Positions 24,453-33,117 of a stretch of 35,775 nucleotides of DNA are shown piece after piece. The DNA comes from Candidatus Woesearchaeota archaeon (GTDB taxonomy: Archaea; Nanobdellota; Nanobdellia; Woesearchaeales; B29-G15). The stretch covers positions 1 through 35,775 of the forward strand of contig QMQS01000001.1 in the NCBI GenBank assembly GCA_003650585.1. Reading direction: 5' to 3'. Made by a program: the position numbers and the translations under genes. How positions within the stretch are numbered: the stretch's first letter is position 1; the number at the start of each line of letters is the position of its first letter. The notes under the pieces were generated by a model that saw only the letters and a list, made by a program, of their open reading frames with translations, did not search any database and was not told where the DNA came from.

Positions 24453-25235
24453 ATGCTACTGAGAAGAGAGGGGCTGCCTGAAGAGGGCGAACTCCTCCTT
24501 TGTGAAGTCAAGAAGGTCCACTTTCATTCTGTTTTTGTCAAGATATTGGAGTACAGGATAGAGGGTATGATTCACATATCTGAGATTGCCCCTGGGCGTA
24601 TTAGGAACATAAGGGACTATGTCCGAGAGGGTAAGTACATAGTGTGCAAGGCACTCAGAGTTAACAAAGAGAAGCGACAGGTTGATTTGAGCTTGCGTAG
24701 GGTGAATGAGCGTGAGCGTAGAGAAAAGACCAATCAGATCTCTTTAGAAAAGAGGGCAGAGAAGATAGTGGAGCTTGCAGCAGAGGAGCTGAAGATGGAT
24801 GTTAAGCAACTCTATTCTGCCATCACCCAAAAACTCTTTGAAGAGTACGAGTATCTGTATGATGCCTTTGTGGATGTGGTTGAGGGTAGGCTCGAGCTTA
24901 GCAAGCTTGGGTTGGACAAGAAGATAGTTACGGTTTTGGAGAGGCTCATTAAGGAGAAGATAAAGCCACCAAGAATATCCATTAGGGGACACCTAAAATT
25001 AACCACATATTTGCCAGATGGGATTGCCCTGATTAAGGAGAGTTTCAAGAGGGTTAGGGAAGAGGTTCCGGGCGATTATGAAATTAAGTATGAGGGCGGC
25101 GGAGCTTACAGTGTTAAGATTACTGGCAAGGAGTATGAGACATGCGAGAAGATATTGAAGAGTATGATTGCAAAGTTTGAAGAGCTCTTTTCTAAGAACG
25201 AGGGTAGTGTGTCATTTGCACGGGTTGAGGATTAA
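24453..25235 (+). CDS. eif2a: translation initiation factor aIF2 alpha subunit
   Basis: N-terminal S1 domain (GELLLCEVKKVHFHSVFVKILEYRIEGMIHISEIAPGRIRNIRDYV...VDLSLRRV), followed by helical and alpha-beta domains. 260 aa. Confidence 0.9.
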   Translation: MLLRREGLPEEGELLLCEVKKVHFHSVFVKILEYRIEGMIHISEIAPGRIRNIRDYVREGKYIVCKALRVNKEKRQVDLSLRRVNERERREKTNQISLEKRAEKIVELAAEELKMDVKQLYSAITQKLFEEYEYLYDAFVDVVEGRLELSKLGLDKKIVTVLERLIKEKIKPPRISIRGHLKLTTYLPDGIALIKESFKRVREEVPGDYEIKYEGGGAYSVKITGKEYETCEKILKSMIAKFEELFSKNEGSVSFARVED

Positions 25236-25236
25236 T

Positions 25237-25413
25237 ATGGCTAAGCATATTCTCAAGTGCCAGGAATGTGGGGCTTACACACTCACTGAGCAGTGCAAGT
25301 GTGGGGGTGTGGCCGTGCCAGCCAAACCACCCAAGTATTCTCCTGAAGACCCGTATGGTGATTACAGGAGGCGTGCCAAGGAGGAGTATTGGAGGAGCAT
25401 TGGGCTGCTTTAG
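25237..25413 (+). CDS. nop10: H/ACA RNP protein Nop10
   Basis: MAKHILKCQECGAYTLTEQCKCGGVAVPAKPPKYSPEDPYGDYRRRAK carries the Nop10 zinc ribbon and the P-x-(K/R)-(Y/F)-SP-x-D motif. The start at 25237 lies 1 nt after the aIF2-alpha stop. Confidence 0.9.
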   Translation: MAKHILKCQECGAYTLTEQCKCGGVAVPAKPPKYSPEDPYGDYRRRAKEEYWRSIGLL

Positions 25414-26648
25414 TATCGTGCATGGAGCCAGAAATCTGTCTCTCTACCACTCCTGTAAAATATTGTTGCAATGTAAAGCTTCTCGGTGCCAACCATTCTG
25501 ACTAATTGCTCTTTTGACAACTTCGGTGTCATCTCATTTGCCACAACAACAGCAACCTCATCTGGGTTGGCTCTCCTGCTCTGGAGTTGGAACTCTTTAC
25601 CCAGCCCCTTGGTAATCAGCCCGAACTCTACACCATCACCCTGTGCTGGTTGCTCAAATTCATCCCCACTTGCATCATTTCTCTTCTGCTGTATCCATTC
25701 GAGTTTTGGCAAGCTTCTAAAGTACTCGACAAATGGTACAGCTGGGGTGCTTATACCTATACCCAGTTCCTCGAAATGATGGTCTGGCCAGATTGCATAA
25801 ACAATGTCTGGTCTTAAAGCAAACTCCTTATAGAACAACCTGGCTAGGGCAAACCCTGCTAGTAGGAGCTGGTTTGGTGTGTAAACCCCACGGTTTGTGT
25901 CCAAGCCAATGCTTGCCCTGCTTCCTAATATTATCTCATAGAGGCGCTCACAGCCCTTTAATTGGCTCTTGTATAATATCTGTGCTTCTGTCTCATCAGC
26001 TGGGACATCATTTAGCTCATAGCACTGTATCTTCCAGTCCCTAACCGCCTTCTCAATCTGAGCATCTATTGTCCTCACATAAATCAGCCTTGGCTCGAGC
26101 CAGGGGTTGAGCAGAATGGCCCTTGGGAATTTAACCGAGTCAACCAAGAAGTCGAGTTTGAGTTGCTCCAAGCCCCGCTCTTCAAAGAATCTCTTGGTTG
26201 CCCTTGCTGTCTTGCCCTCATCAATCAGGTCCTCAACCACCACAGCCCAGGTGTTTTCATTTATGGTTCCATTCTCAACATAACCCTCCAATCCAATGAT
26301 CCTTGTTTGCTCTATTGTTTGGTGTTGACCTAGGTAGGTTTCACCTATATAGGGTATAAACCTCGGTGGCTTAAGCCCGTTTGCCTTTGCGTAACTCTTG
26401 AAGTAAGGATAGAGTGCATAGAAATAGAAGTAAGCCCCTCGCCCTGGTACAAGGAACACATCTGGTAGTGCCTCTCTTCTTCTTATCTCCTCACCACGCA
26501 AATAGAGAAACCTATCAAACATCCTTGGTGCCACATCCACAACCGATTGCGCATCAGCATATATCCTCCCATCAGGCATCCTCCTCATATGGTTACCGAA
26601 CTCATCTTCGGTCCTTGTGACACCCTTGGGCCGGCTTATTGTTTTCAT
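25410..26648 (-). CDS. phosphoribosyltransferase-motif protein with about 230-aa C-terminal extension, function unknown
   Basis: AVVVEDLIDEGKTA closely matches the type I PRTase PRPP-binding loop (hydrophobic x4, acidic pair, then G-x-T). Upstream VFLVPGRGAYFYFYAL resembles the PRTase core strand and loop. The start at 26648 (MKTISRPKG) is chosen because a minus-strand AAAAGTTATAAAAC element lies 20 nt upstream of it. The ORF itself extends to 26714. Confidence 0.65.
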   Translation of the reverse strand: MKTISRPKGVTRTEDEFGNHMRRMPDGRIYADAQSVVDVAPRMFDRFLYLRGEEIRRREALPDVFLVPGRGAYFYFYALYPYFKSYAKANGLKPPRFIPYIGETYLGQHQTIEQTRIIGLEGYVENGTINENTWAVVVEDLIDEGKTARATKRFFEERGLEQLKLDFLVDSVKFPRAILLNPWLEPRLIYVRTIDAQIEKAVRDWKIQCYELNDVPADETEAQILYKSQLKGCERLYEIILGSRASIGLDTNRGVYTPNQLLLAGFALARLFYKEFALRPDIVYAIWPDHHFEELGIGISTPAVPFVEYFRSLPKLEWIQQKRNDASGDEFEQPAQGDGVEFGLITKGLGKEFQLQSRRANPDEVAVVVANEMTPKLSKEQLVRMVGTEKLYIATIFYRSGRETDFWLHARY

Positions 26649-26668
26649 ATGGGTAATGTGTGAAAAAT

Positions 26669-26682
26669 GTTTTATAACTTTT
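26669..26682 (-). promoter_or_regulatory. BRE/TATA-like element AAAAGTTATAAAAC (minus strand)
   Basis: Lies 20 nt upstream of the ATG at 26648 and inside the longer ORF version, which argues for the shorter CDS. Confidence 0.45.
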
Positions 26683-26714
26683 GCTGTTTGGCAAACTTTC
26701 AATACCATGAACAC

Positions 26715-26727
26715 AAAATATATAAAG
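26715..26727 (+). promoter_or_regulatory. TATA-like element AAAATATATAAAG
   Basis: Ends 22 nt upstream of the ATG at 26750 (PAC2 gene). Confidence 0.45.
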
Positions 26728-26749
26728 TTTTGAGGATTGAGGAGAGAGC

Positions 26750-27520
26750 ATGGGATGGCAGGTTACCCAGCTAAATAAGGTTCCTAAGTTATGCAATAGC
26801 GTGCTGGTTGAGGGGCTGCCAGGCATAGGCAATGTTGGTAAGATTGCTTTGGATTTCATAATAGAGCAGATTAAGCCGGTTGAGATTTATGATTTCTACT
26901 CTCACTCGATGCCTCACTCAGTTTTTGTTAACCAGGACAATCTTGTGGAATTGCCAAAGCTCAGATTGCTTGCATTGAGGCGGGCGAGGAAACCGAGCTT
27001 GGTCTTCCTGGCAGGAGATATCCAGCCAGTTGATGAGGTATCTTCTCATGAGTTTGTTGAGACCCTCTTAGACATGGCTGACAGTTTGGATATAAAAAGG
27101 ATTGTCACACTGGGTGGCATAGGCATGTCCCGTCTTCCAAGAGAGCCAAAGGTTTATGTTACAGGAAATTCAAAGGATGCAGTAAAGGAGTTTTCTGATA
27201 ACACCACAAAGAGGAATCTTGTTGGTGTTGTGGGTCCAATTGTGGGTGTTACAGGGCTGCTCCCGGGTTTGGCTGCAAAACGTAACATACCAGCTGTGGC
27301 TTATCTTGTTGAGAGTTTTGCCCATCCCTTGCATGTGGGTATAAAAGAGGCAAGGGTGCTGCTCAAATTGCTCAATAAGAAACTCAATCTTGGCATAAAA
27401 CTTGAGAGTTTTGATAAGGGTATTCGGGATTTAGAGAAGACTCTGCGCTTGAAGACTCGGGAGATAAAGGCTGCTCCCAAGCCGATTAGTTCTGTAAAAG
27501 AGACAAGTTATATAGGGTGA
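26750..27520 (+). CDS. PAC2-family proteasome assembly chaperone (COG1938-type)
   Basis: N-terminal LVEGLPGIGNVGKIALDFI is the hallmark G-x-P-G-x-G-x-VG motif. 256 aa. Confidence 0.8.
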   Translation: MGWQVTQLNKVPKLCNSVLVEGLPGIGNVGKIALDFIIEQIKPVEIYDFYSHSMPHSVFVNQDNLVELPKLRLLALRRARKPSLVFLAGDIQPVDEVSSHEFVETLLDMADSLDIKRIVTLGGIGMSRLPREPKVYVTGNSKDAVKEFSDNTTKRNLVGVVGPIVGVTGLLPGLAAKRNIPAVAYLVESFAHPLHVGIKEARVLLKLLNKKLNLGIKLESFDKGIRDLEKTLRLKTREIKAAPKPISSVKETSYIG

Positions 27521-27521
27521 G

Positions 27522-28766
27522 ATGAGAATGGTGGACTATGTTATTAGAAGGTGCTTCGCAAGAGAGGTCCTTGACTCACGGGGTAACCCCACTGTTGAGG
27601 TTGAGATGCACACAAGGTCTGGCTACGCAACAGCAATGGTGCCCTCTGGTGCCTCAACTGGCAAACACGAGGCATTGGAATTGCGGGATAACAATAACCG
27701 CTATATGGGTAAGGGCGTGAGAAGGGCAATAGCAAATGTTGATTTGATTGCTAAAAAGTTGGTGGGGAGTGATGTTAGAGAGCAGCGCTGTATTGACCAA
27801 CTCATGATTAATATGGATGGCACACCAAACAAATCAAAGCTTGGAGCGAATGCCATTCTTGGGGTTAGTATGTGTGCAGCCCGGCTTGCAGCCCAACTAT
27901 CAGGCAAGCCACTTTACCAATACCTAGCAGAGTTCTCAGAGCGAGAGCCAAAAATGGCAGTACCTTTTGCAAACATAATAAATGGTGGTGCTCATGCGGG
28001 CAACCACTTGAAAATCCAGGAGTTTATGATTGTGCCACAAGCAGAAACATTTGCAGAGAACATGAGGATTGTTTCAGAGGTATACCACACTCTGAAGAAA
28101 ATCTTGAAAGAGGAGTATGGCTTGGGTGCTACAAATGTTGGGGATGAGGGAGGGTTTGCCCCGCCAATAGCAACAGCCGATGAGGCACTTGGGCTAATAG
28201 AGAGGGCTATAGAGGACTCAGGTCATGCAGACAGGGTTAAGTTGGCTATAGACGCAGCTGCATCTTATTTCTACATTGATGGCAAATACGAGCTTGAGCA
28301 AACCCTAACACCACAACAATTGGCGGATTACTGGGAGCAATTGGTTGCAGAGCATAACCTAATCTCGCTTGAAGACCCTTTTGCTGAGGACGATTATGAT
28401 GGGTTCCAGCTCCTTATGCAGAGATTGGGCAACCGGCTCCAGATAGTTGGTGATGACTTGTTGGTAACCAATGTAAAGAGAATAAAGATGGCTATCACAA
28501 AGAACCTCTGTAACGCGCTCCTCTTAAAATTGAATCAGATTGGCACTGTTACAGAGGCGATTGAGGCAGCCCACTTAGCATTTGCCAATAATTGGGGGGT
28601 GATGGTGTCTCACCGCTCTGGCGAGACTGAGGACACATTTATTGCAGACCTGGCTGTTGCCCTTGGGTGTGGTCAGATTAAGCTCGGAGCGCCATGCCGC
28701 TCTGAAAGGACTGCCAAATACAACCGTTTGCTGAGGATCTCAGAGCAGTTGTCTAACTCAAATTGA
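27522..28766 (+). CDS. eno: enolase (phosphopyruvate hydratase)
   Basis: AREVLDSRGNPTVEVE, LLLKLNQIGTVTEA and SHRSGETEDTFIADLAV are enolase signatures. The alternative start at 27528 has better spacing (7 nt) from the GGGTGA SD. Confidence 0.95.
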   Translation: MRMVDYVIRRCFAREVLDSRGNPTVEVEMHTRSGYATAMVPSGASTGKHEALELRDNNNRYMGKGVRRAIANVDLIAKKLVGSDVREQRCIDQLMINMDGTPNKSKLGANAILGVSMCAARLAAQLSGKPLYQYLAEFSEREPKMAVPFANIINGGAHAGNHLKIQEFMIVPQAETFAENMRIVSEVYHTLKKILKEEYGLGATNVGDEGGFAPPIATADEALGLIERAIEDSGHADRVKLAIDAAASYFYIDGKYELEQTLTPQQLADYWEQLVAEHNLISLEDPFAEDDYDGFQLLMQRLGNRLQIVGDDLLVTNVKRIKMAITKNLCNALLLKLNQIGTVTEAIEAAHLAFANNWGVMVSHRSGETEDTFIADLAVALGCGQIKLGAPCRSERTAKYNRLLRISEQLSNSN

Positions 28767-28788
28767 GGTTTCATAGCACCAAATAAAG

Positions 28789-29481
28789 ATGGATTATTCA
28801 ATTTTAAAACTCAAAGGGCTTCTGGAATGGCACATTGAAAGGAGACCAGAGATGAGGGTGCAAGATGTCTATAAACTGCTGTACCAAGGTGTGTTTGGGC
28901 CAAAACATTCTCTTGGTCTTAATGTGAGAGAGGCATTGCTGGAGGAGATTGCTCAATTGGGTCATACTTCGAGTCATGTGACGGGTGAGGAAGAGACAAT
29001 AGAGAGAGTATCCCCTGACGGTTTAGTGATTCGGGTTAATCTACGCCCACTGTTGGTTTATAATCGAGCAGAGATAGATGACGAGCTCTACGAGAGAAAA
29101 CTTGATGCACTAGTGGAATGCTTAATAATATCAGCAGAATCCACAAGAGGCTCGTTGGAAGAGTTTCTACAGATGTGGAGTGACTTTAAGATGCTTGCCG
29201 TGAGTTACCCTAAATGGGGCTTTGGTGTTAGAGAAATAGAAGAGTTCGAGGCAAGTGTTAAGGCTAAAGACTACCCACCTGTTCACCATTCTGATGTTTA
29301 TGTTGAGCTATATAAACCAGCTTACAGGGTTATGCTAGCAGGAGTGTTTAATGGCATATACTCTGAGGTAGGGCTATCATATTTAGAGGAGGAACTTAGG
29401 GGGATAAGCAGATCTCTAAAAGAACTTGAAAATTTTGCGGATGAAGTAGAGGAAGAGATAAAAAGGTTTAGCCGCAAATAG
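28789..29481 (+). CDS. conserved-looking hypothetical protein (230 aa)
   Basis: Clean ORF 22 nt downstream of eno. It contains VQDVYKLLYQGVFGPKH and HHSDVYVELYKPAYRV motifs that I cannot place in a named family. Confidence 0.6.
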   Translation: MDYSILKLKGLLEWHIERRPEMRVQDVYKLLYQGVFGPKHSLGLNVREALLEEIAQLGHTSSHVTGEEETIERVSPDGLVIRVNLRPLLVYNRAEIDDELYERKLDALVECLIISAESTRGSLEEFLQMWSDFKMLAVSYPKWGFGVREIEEFEASVKAKDYPPVHHSDVYVELYKPAYRVMLAGVFNGIYSEVGLSYLEEELRGISRSLKELENFADEVEEEIKRFSRK

Positions 29482-29500
29482 AGCATGATAGGTGATACAA

Positions 29501-29977
29501 ATGCTCAGCAAGAGGGATTTGAGCATACTTAGCAATTTGAGGAAAAACTCAAGGTTAAAGCTGACCACAATGAGTAAACTCACGCATATACCAACCAGCA
29601 CAATCTTTGATAGGATGAGGGTTCACGAGCAACGAGTTATTAAACGCTACACAAGCTTGCTGAATTATGAAAAACTTGGCTACGAGATAAGGGCGAACAT
29701 ACTCATCAAGGCAAGCCAAGAATGCAAGCTAAAACTTAGCGATTACCTAAAATCAAACCCATATGTGAACTCATTGTTCAAACTAAATAACGAGTATGAT
29801 TTTATTGTGGATGTTGTGTTTAGGAATAGGAGAGCTATGGAGGGGTTTTTGGCAAGGATTAAAGAGGGGTTTCAGCTTGAGGTGATTGAGGTGCTTCCTG
29901 TGGTTGAGGAGGTAAAGCGAGAGGGGTTTCTTGCTGAGCCCTCCATTGTAGAATTTTTTGCTTATGCAGGCAATTAA
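29501..29977 (+). CDS. Lrp/AsnC-family transcriptional regulator
   Basis: HTH region (LSKRDLSILSNLRKNSRLKLTTMSKLTHIPTSTIFDRMRV) followed by a RAM-like alpha-beta domain (GYEIRANILIKA ... YDFIVDVVFRN). ATG 29501 lies 5 nt after GGTGA. The ORF track version starts at GTG 29492. Confidence 0.8.
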   Translation: MLSKRDLSILSNLRKNSRLKLTTMSKLTHIPTSTIFDRMRVHEQRVIKRYTSLLNYEKLGYEIRANILIKASQECKLKLSDYLKSNPYVNSLFKLNNEYDFIVDVVFRNRRAMEGFLARIKEGFQLEVIEVLPVVEEVKREGFLAEPSIVEFFAYAGN

Positions 29978-29983
29978 TCCACC

Positions 29984-29999
29984 AAAACCTTTATATAAG
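29984..29999 (+). promoter_or_regulatory. BRE/TATA-like element AAAACCTTTATATAAG
   Basis: Ends about 21 nt upstream of ATG 30020, supporting that start for map over TTG 30008. Confidence 0.5.
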
Positions 30000-30019
30000 C
30001 TTGCCATTTGGTTTTGGGC

Positions 30020-30922
30020 ATGATTCTTAAAGAGGCAACCCCTGAATTGGTTAAGGCATGCCGGATTGCTGCCCAGGTGCGTGACTATGGTGCCGAGTTG
30101 GTGAAAAGTGGGACCTCATTACTGGAGATAACTGAGAGGCTTGAGCAGAGGATAAAACAACTTGGTGGCTCGCCTGCTTTCCCCCCACAGATATCACTCA
30201 ACCACATTGCTGCCCACAACTGTCCTGATTCTGGTGACACCACTCTGCTGAAGGACGACCTGGTTAAGATTGATATAGGTGTTCATGTGAATGGCTACAT
30301 AGGTGACACAGCACGCACTGTCGACCTCTCTGGCAGGTATGCCAAATTGGTTGAGGCAGCCAATGCCGCTTTGGATGCTGCTGTTAAGCTTGCTAAGCCA
30401 GGTGTGGAGGTGCGTGAACTCGGCAGAGCAATCCAGAGCGAGATTACAAAGCGTGGGTTCTCGCCAATACGCAACCTCTCTGGGCATGGCTTGGGCTTGT
30501 TTGAGGTTCACACATCCCCAACTATACCAAATTACGATGACAACAGCCATCGCAGATTAGAGAAGGGCGAACTCATTGCAATTGAGCCATTTGCTACCAA
30601 TGGAGTCGGGATTGTGCAGGAGGGCAACTACCCAACACTATTCTCATTGGTGGATGATGGAAGAAAGAGTGTGAGGTTACCAAAGAGCAGGGAGGTCCTT
30701 AAGTTCATTGCCACCCATTACGGTAAACTTGTGTTTGCCAAGCGCTGGCTTAAGGCACACTTCAAGCCGTACGAAGTGGAGTTTGCTATACGAATGCTTC
30801 TAAAAGCAGGGCTACTCCGGGGTTACCCTCCACTTGGAGAGCAGCAGAAGGGCATGGTTGCACAGGCAGAACACACTGTTCTTGTTTGGAACCCGCCTAT
30901 GGTTTTAACAAGAAATGAGTAG
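30020..30922 (+). CDS. map: type 2 methionine aminopeptidase
   Basis: Metal-ligand contexts DLVKIDIGVHVNGYIGDTARTV, GHGLG..FEVH, IAIEPF and AQAEHTVLV. About 300 aa, the archaeal MetAP2 size. Confidence 0.9.
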   Translation: MILKEATPELVKACRIAAQVRDYGAELVKSGTSLLEITERLEQRIKQLGGSPAFPPQISLNHIAAHNCPDSGDTTLLKDDLVKIDIGVHVNGYIGDTARTVDLSGRYAKLVEAANAALDAAVKLAKPGVEVRELGRAIQSEITKRGFSPIRNLSGHGLGLFEVHTSPTIPNYDDNSHRRLEKGELIAIEPFATNGVGIVQEGNYPTLFSLVDDGRKSVRLPKSREVLKFIATHYGKLVFAKRWLKAHFKPYEVEFAIRMLLKAGLLRGYPPLGEQQKGMVAQAEHTVLVWNPPMVLTRNE

Positions 30923-30923
30923 T

Positions 30924-33116
30924 TTAAACACCATGCACTATCTGTGATGTTTGTAGGATGGTGGAAGCAATTATGTTGAATATAAGGATGACCACAAATG
31001 TGATAATGCAGTAAAGCAGTGTGCTTTTGGTGAGGTGCTGCCCCTTGAGATAATTCTCTGAGAGCTTATCAGCACCATTCTCTATACCGTTCACCAGTAT
31101 GGTCATAACCCAAACAATCTCCACCACATAAAGCCCTACGATAATCTGGAAATGGTAAGCAGGCACGCCATCACCGAACATCGAGAGTACGCCCATGCCA
31201 CCCTGACCAAGGGCGGTTGTGCTGTCTATATTCTTTATTGATTCACGGAGTTGCGAGAGAATATTGACTATCATAGACGTAATCCCTATCACTATACCAG
31301 AGATTACTGGCGCCATGAAGTTTATCTGCTGCTTCATGCTTGAGATTATGTCCGCCATAAGGTCTCTGAGGCGTTCATTCACCCTGTGAATCTCCTTTAT
31401 GTATTCTGCCACGGTTAGCAGTGTACGAGAGGCAATCTGGGGTCCCTTCTTTGAACTCTCCAGAAGCACCTTCATTGAACTCTTGATTACATTGGATGGG
31501 AAGTACACCAAAGCCCCATTCTTTTTGTTAAAGATTGCGTCCCTAACATTCATTCCAGTGTTGGTGATGTTGTTGGCAACAATCCTAAAAAAAGCCCCAC
31601 TCTTGGTGTCCTTCATTACCTCAGCGACATTTTGGAATGCTATTTCAGTGGGTATCCCGTCCCCAATCCTGTTGCCCAGTTGGAACAAGCCAGAGGCGAA
31701 CTCTGTCTCGAGTTGTTTTGTGTCTTCCCTTATCTTTATCACATTCTTGGAGCGCAGCATGTAGTAGATTCCTACGCCTAAACCAACCCCTGCAGTTAAG
31801 AATAGGCTCATCAATACAGCACCAAGCCCGTATGGACCTATAACCCTAGTGTTGGTCATGTCCATCTTGTAGCCAAATATCTTGAAGTTCATAAACAGAG
31901 GCTTCTCGCTAAGGAGAACTGACTCAGGCACCATAAAGTGGTATAGCCAAGGGTAGAGCCCAATCAGAGCAAGCGTCATACCTATTGCGAGGGCTATATA
32001 GAGTGGGTTGATTTTAAACTCATACTTGCCAAATTTCAACAGCACATACTTGTATTTGTTGTATTCCGGAAATTCACTGCTTATGTCTGTCTCCCCATAA
32101 CCAGTGGGTCTTTTGGTCAGTATTACCCTTCCAAATATGTAAACTATTATTGGTAGGGTTATATTATAGAGTACTGCAAGATACAAAGCAACCCGCCCAG
32201 GTGGTAGGTTCTCAGAGGTCATGAAGCTGGTTACCATTGGCAGAATCACAAGCCCAAGGATTGGTAGAATGATACCGAGCATGTGGAGTATTGTTATTGG
32301 TGATTTCAACTCATGAGTGTAGTGGAGCATCTTCTCGTAGGTTTCGTTTAGAATTACCTCTAAGGCTTTCTCTATTAGTGCCAATCTGCGCTCTTCAGAT
32401 GGTTCGTAAAGAGAGGACTCAATGAGATGGAATGCCTCAATGAACTCCAAATTCCATTTGCGCCAGGTTTCTAAGTATGCATCAAGGCTTTCTTTAATGG
32501 AGTCGTATTTGCCTGTCTCCACATCCCAAAGCACCTTCCTTAGGTCTAGAGAGAGGGGCGGGCTTAGGTGCTCGGCAGCAAACTCTATTGCGTTCTCAAA
32601 ATTGCTTGTGTGCCTCATGTATGTAACAACATAGAATATGCACTGTACCATCTGGTTGCTTGCCTTTAATCTCCATGAGTTAGCAAAGAGGTATGGCAAC
32701 CTCTTTAAAAGAAGCATGAGCAGCAAACCAACGAGTGCAAAGTAAAGCACAAAGAACAGGGATTGGAACATTGCATAGCCCAGAAGCCCGCCAAACACAA
32801 TAACCAGAATTGGACCGAGATACGAAAGGGCTACAACCCCTTCTGGATTTACCTCTAGGTGGGATATTGTGATTGCCTCAAGGAGGTTGCTCCTCTCTGG
32901 CTCACCAGGTTTAATCTTGAGTACCCTCTCAGCAATATTACACGCTTTCTCATAGATGCTAAGGGGCTTTGGCAGGAATCTGCGTTTGAACTCTTGGTAC
33001 TCTTGTGTTGTTATCTTCCTTGTGAGCTGTCCCTGTGTGTCCTCTTTACCCAATAACTCAGAAGCAATCCTTCGTTTGTATTTCTCTATTATGTCCTCTT
33101 CATTGACACCTGGCAT
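30924..33116 (-). CDS. FlaJ/TadC/PilC-like polytopic membrane platform protein of an archaeal type IV pilus-like system (730 aa)
   Basis: Starts 1 nt after the stop of the upstream secretion ATPase. It has two cytoplasmic helical T2SSF-like regions (AIEFAAEHLSPPLSLDLRKVLWDVETG and FRIVANNITNTGMNVRDAIF) interleaved with about 8-9 hydrophobic helices. Confidence 0.8.
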   Translation of the reverse strand: MPGVNEEDIIEKYKRRIASELLGKEDTQGQLTRKITTQEYQEFKRRFLPKPLSIYEKACNIAERVLKIKPGEPERSNLLEAITISHLEVNPEGVVALSYLGPILVIVFGGLLGYAMFQSLFFVLYFALVGLLLMLLLKRLPYLFANSWRLKASNQMVQCIFYVVTYMRHTSNFENAIEFAAEHLSPPLSLDLRKVLWDVETGKYDSIKESLDAYLETWRKWNLEFIEAFHLIESSLYEPSEERRLALIEKALEVILNETYEKMLHYTHELKSPITILHMLGIILPILGLVILPMVTSFMTSENLPPGRVALYLAVLYNITLPIIVYIFGRVILTKRPTGYGETDISSEFPEYNKYKYVLLKFGKYEFKINPLYIALAIGMTLALIGLYPWLYHFMVPESVLLSEKPLFMNFKIFGYKMDMTNTRVIGPYGLGAVLMSLFLTAGVGLGVGIYYMLRSKNVIKIREDTKQLETEFASGLFQLGNRIGDGIPTEIAFQNVAEVMKDTKSGAFFRIVANNITNTGMNVRDAIFNKKNGALVYFPSNVIKSSMKVLLESSKKGPQIASRTLLTVAEYIKEIHRVNERLRDLMADIISSMKQQINFMAPVISGIVIGITSMIVNILSQLRESIKNIDSTTALGQGGMGVLSMFGDGVPAYHFQIIVGLYVVEIVWVMTILVNGIENGADKLSENYLKGQHLTKSTLLYCIITFVVILIFNIIASTILQTSQIVHGV

Positions 33117-33117
33117 C

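Noticed and set aside
25168-25236. Longer version of the nop10 ORF (81 aa) overlapping the end of eif2a
   Set aside because: The conserved Nop10 sequence starts at MAKHILKC (25237), 1 nt after the aIF2-alpha stop. The extension has no Nop10 counterpart.
26649-26714. 22-codon N-terminal extension of the PRTase-like ORF (MFMVLKVCQTAKVIKHFSHITH)
   Set aside because: The extension covers the minus-strand TATA-like element (26669-26682), which sits at the standard roughly 20-nt distance from ATG 26648.
29492-30019. Alternative non-ATG starts from the ORF track: GTG 29492 for the Lrp-like gene and TTG 30008 for map
   Set aside because: ATG 29501 has GGTGA 5 nt upstream. ATG 30020 sits about 21 nt after a TATA-like element that would be too close to TTG 30008.
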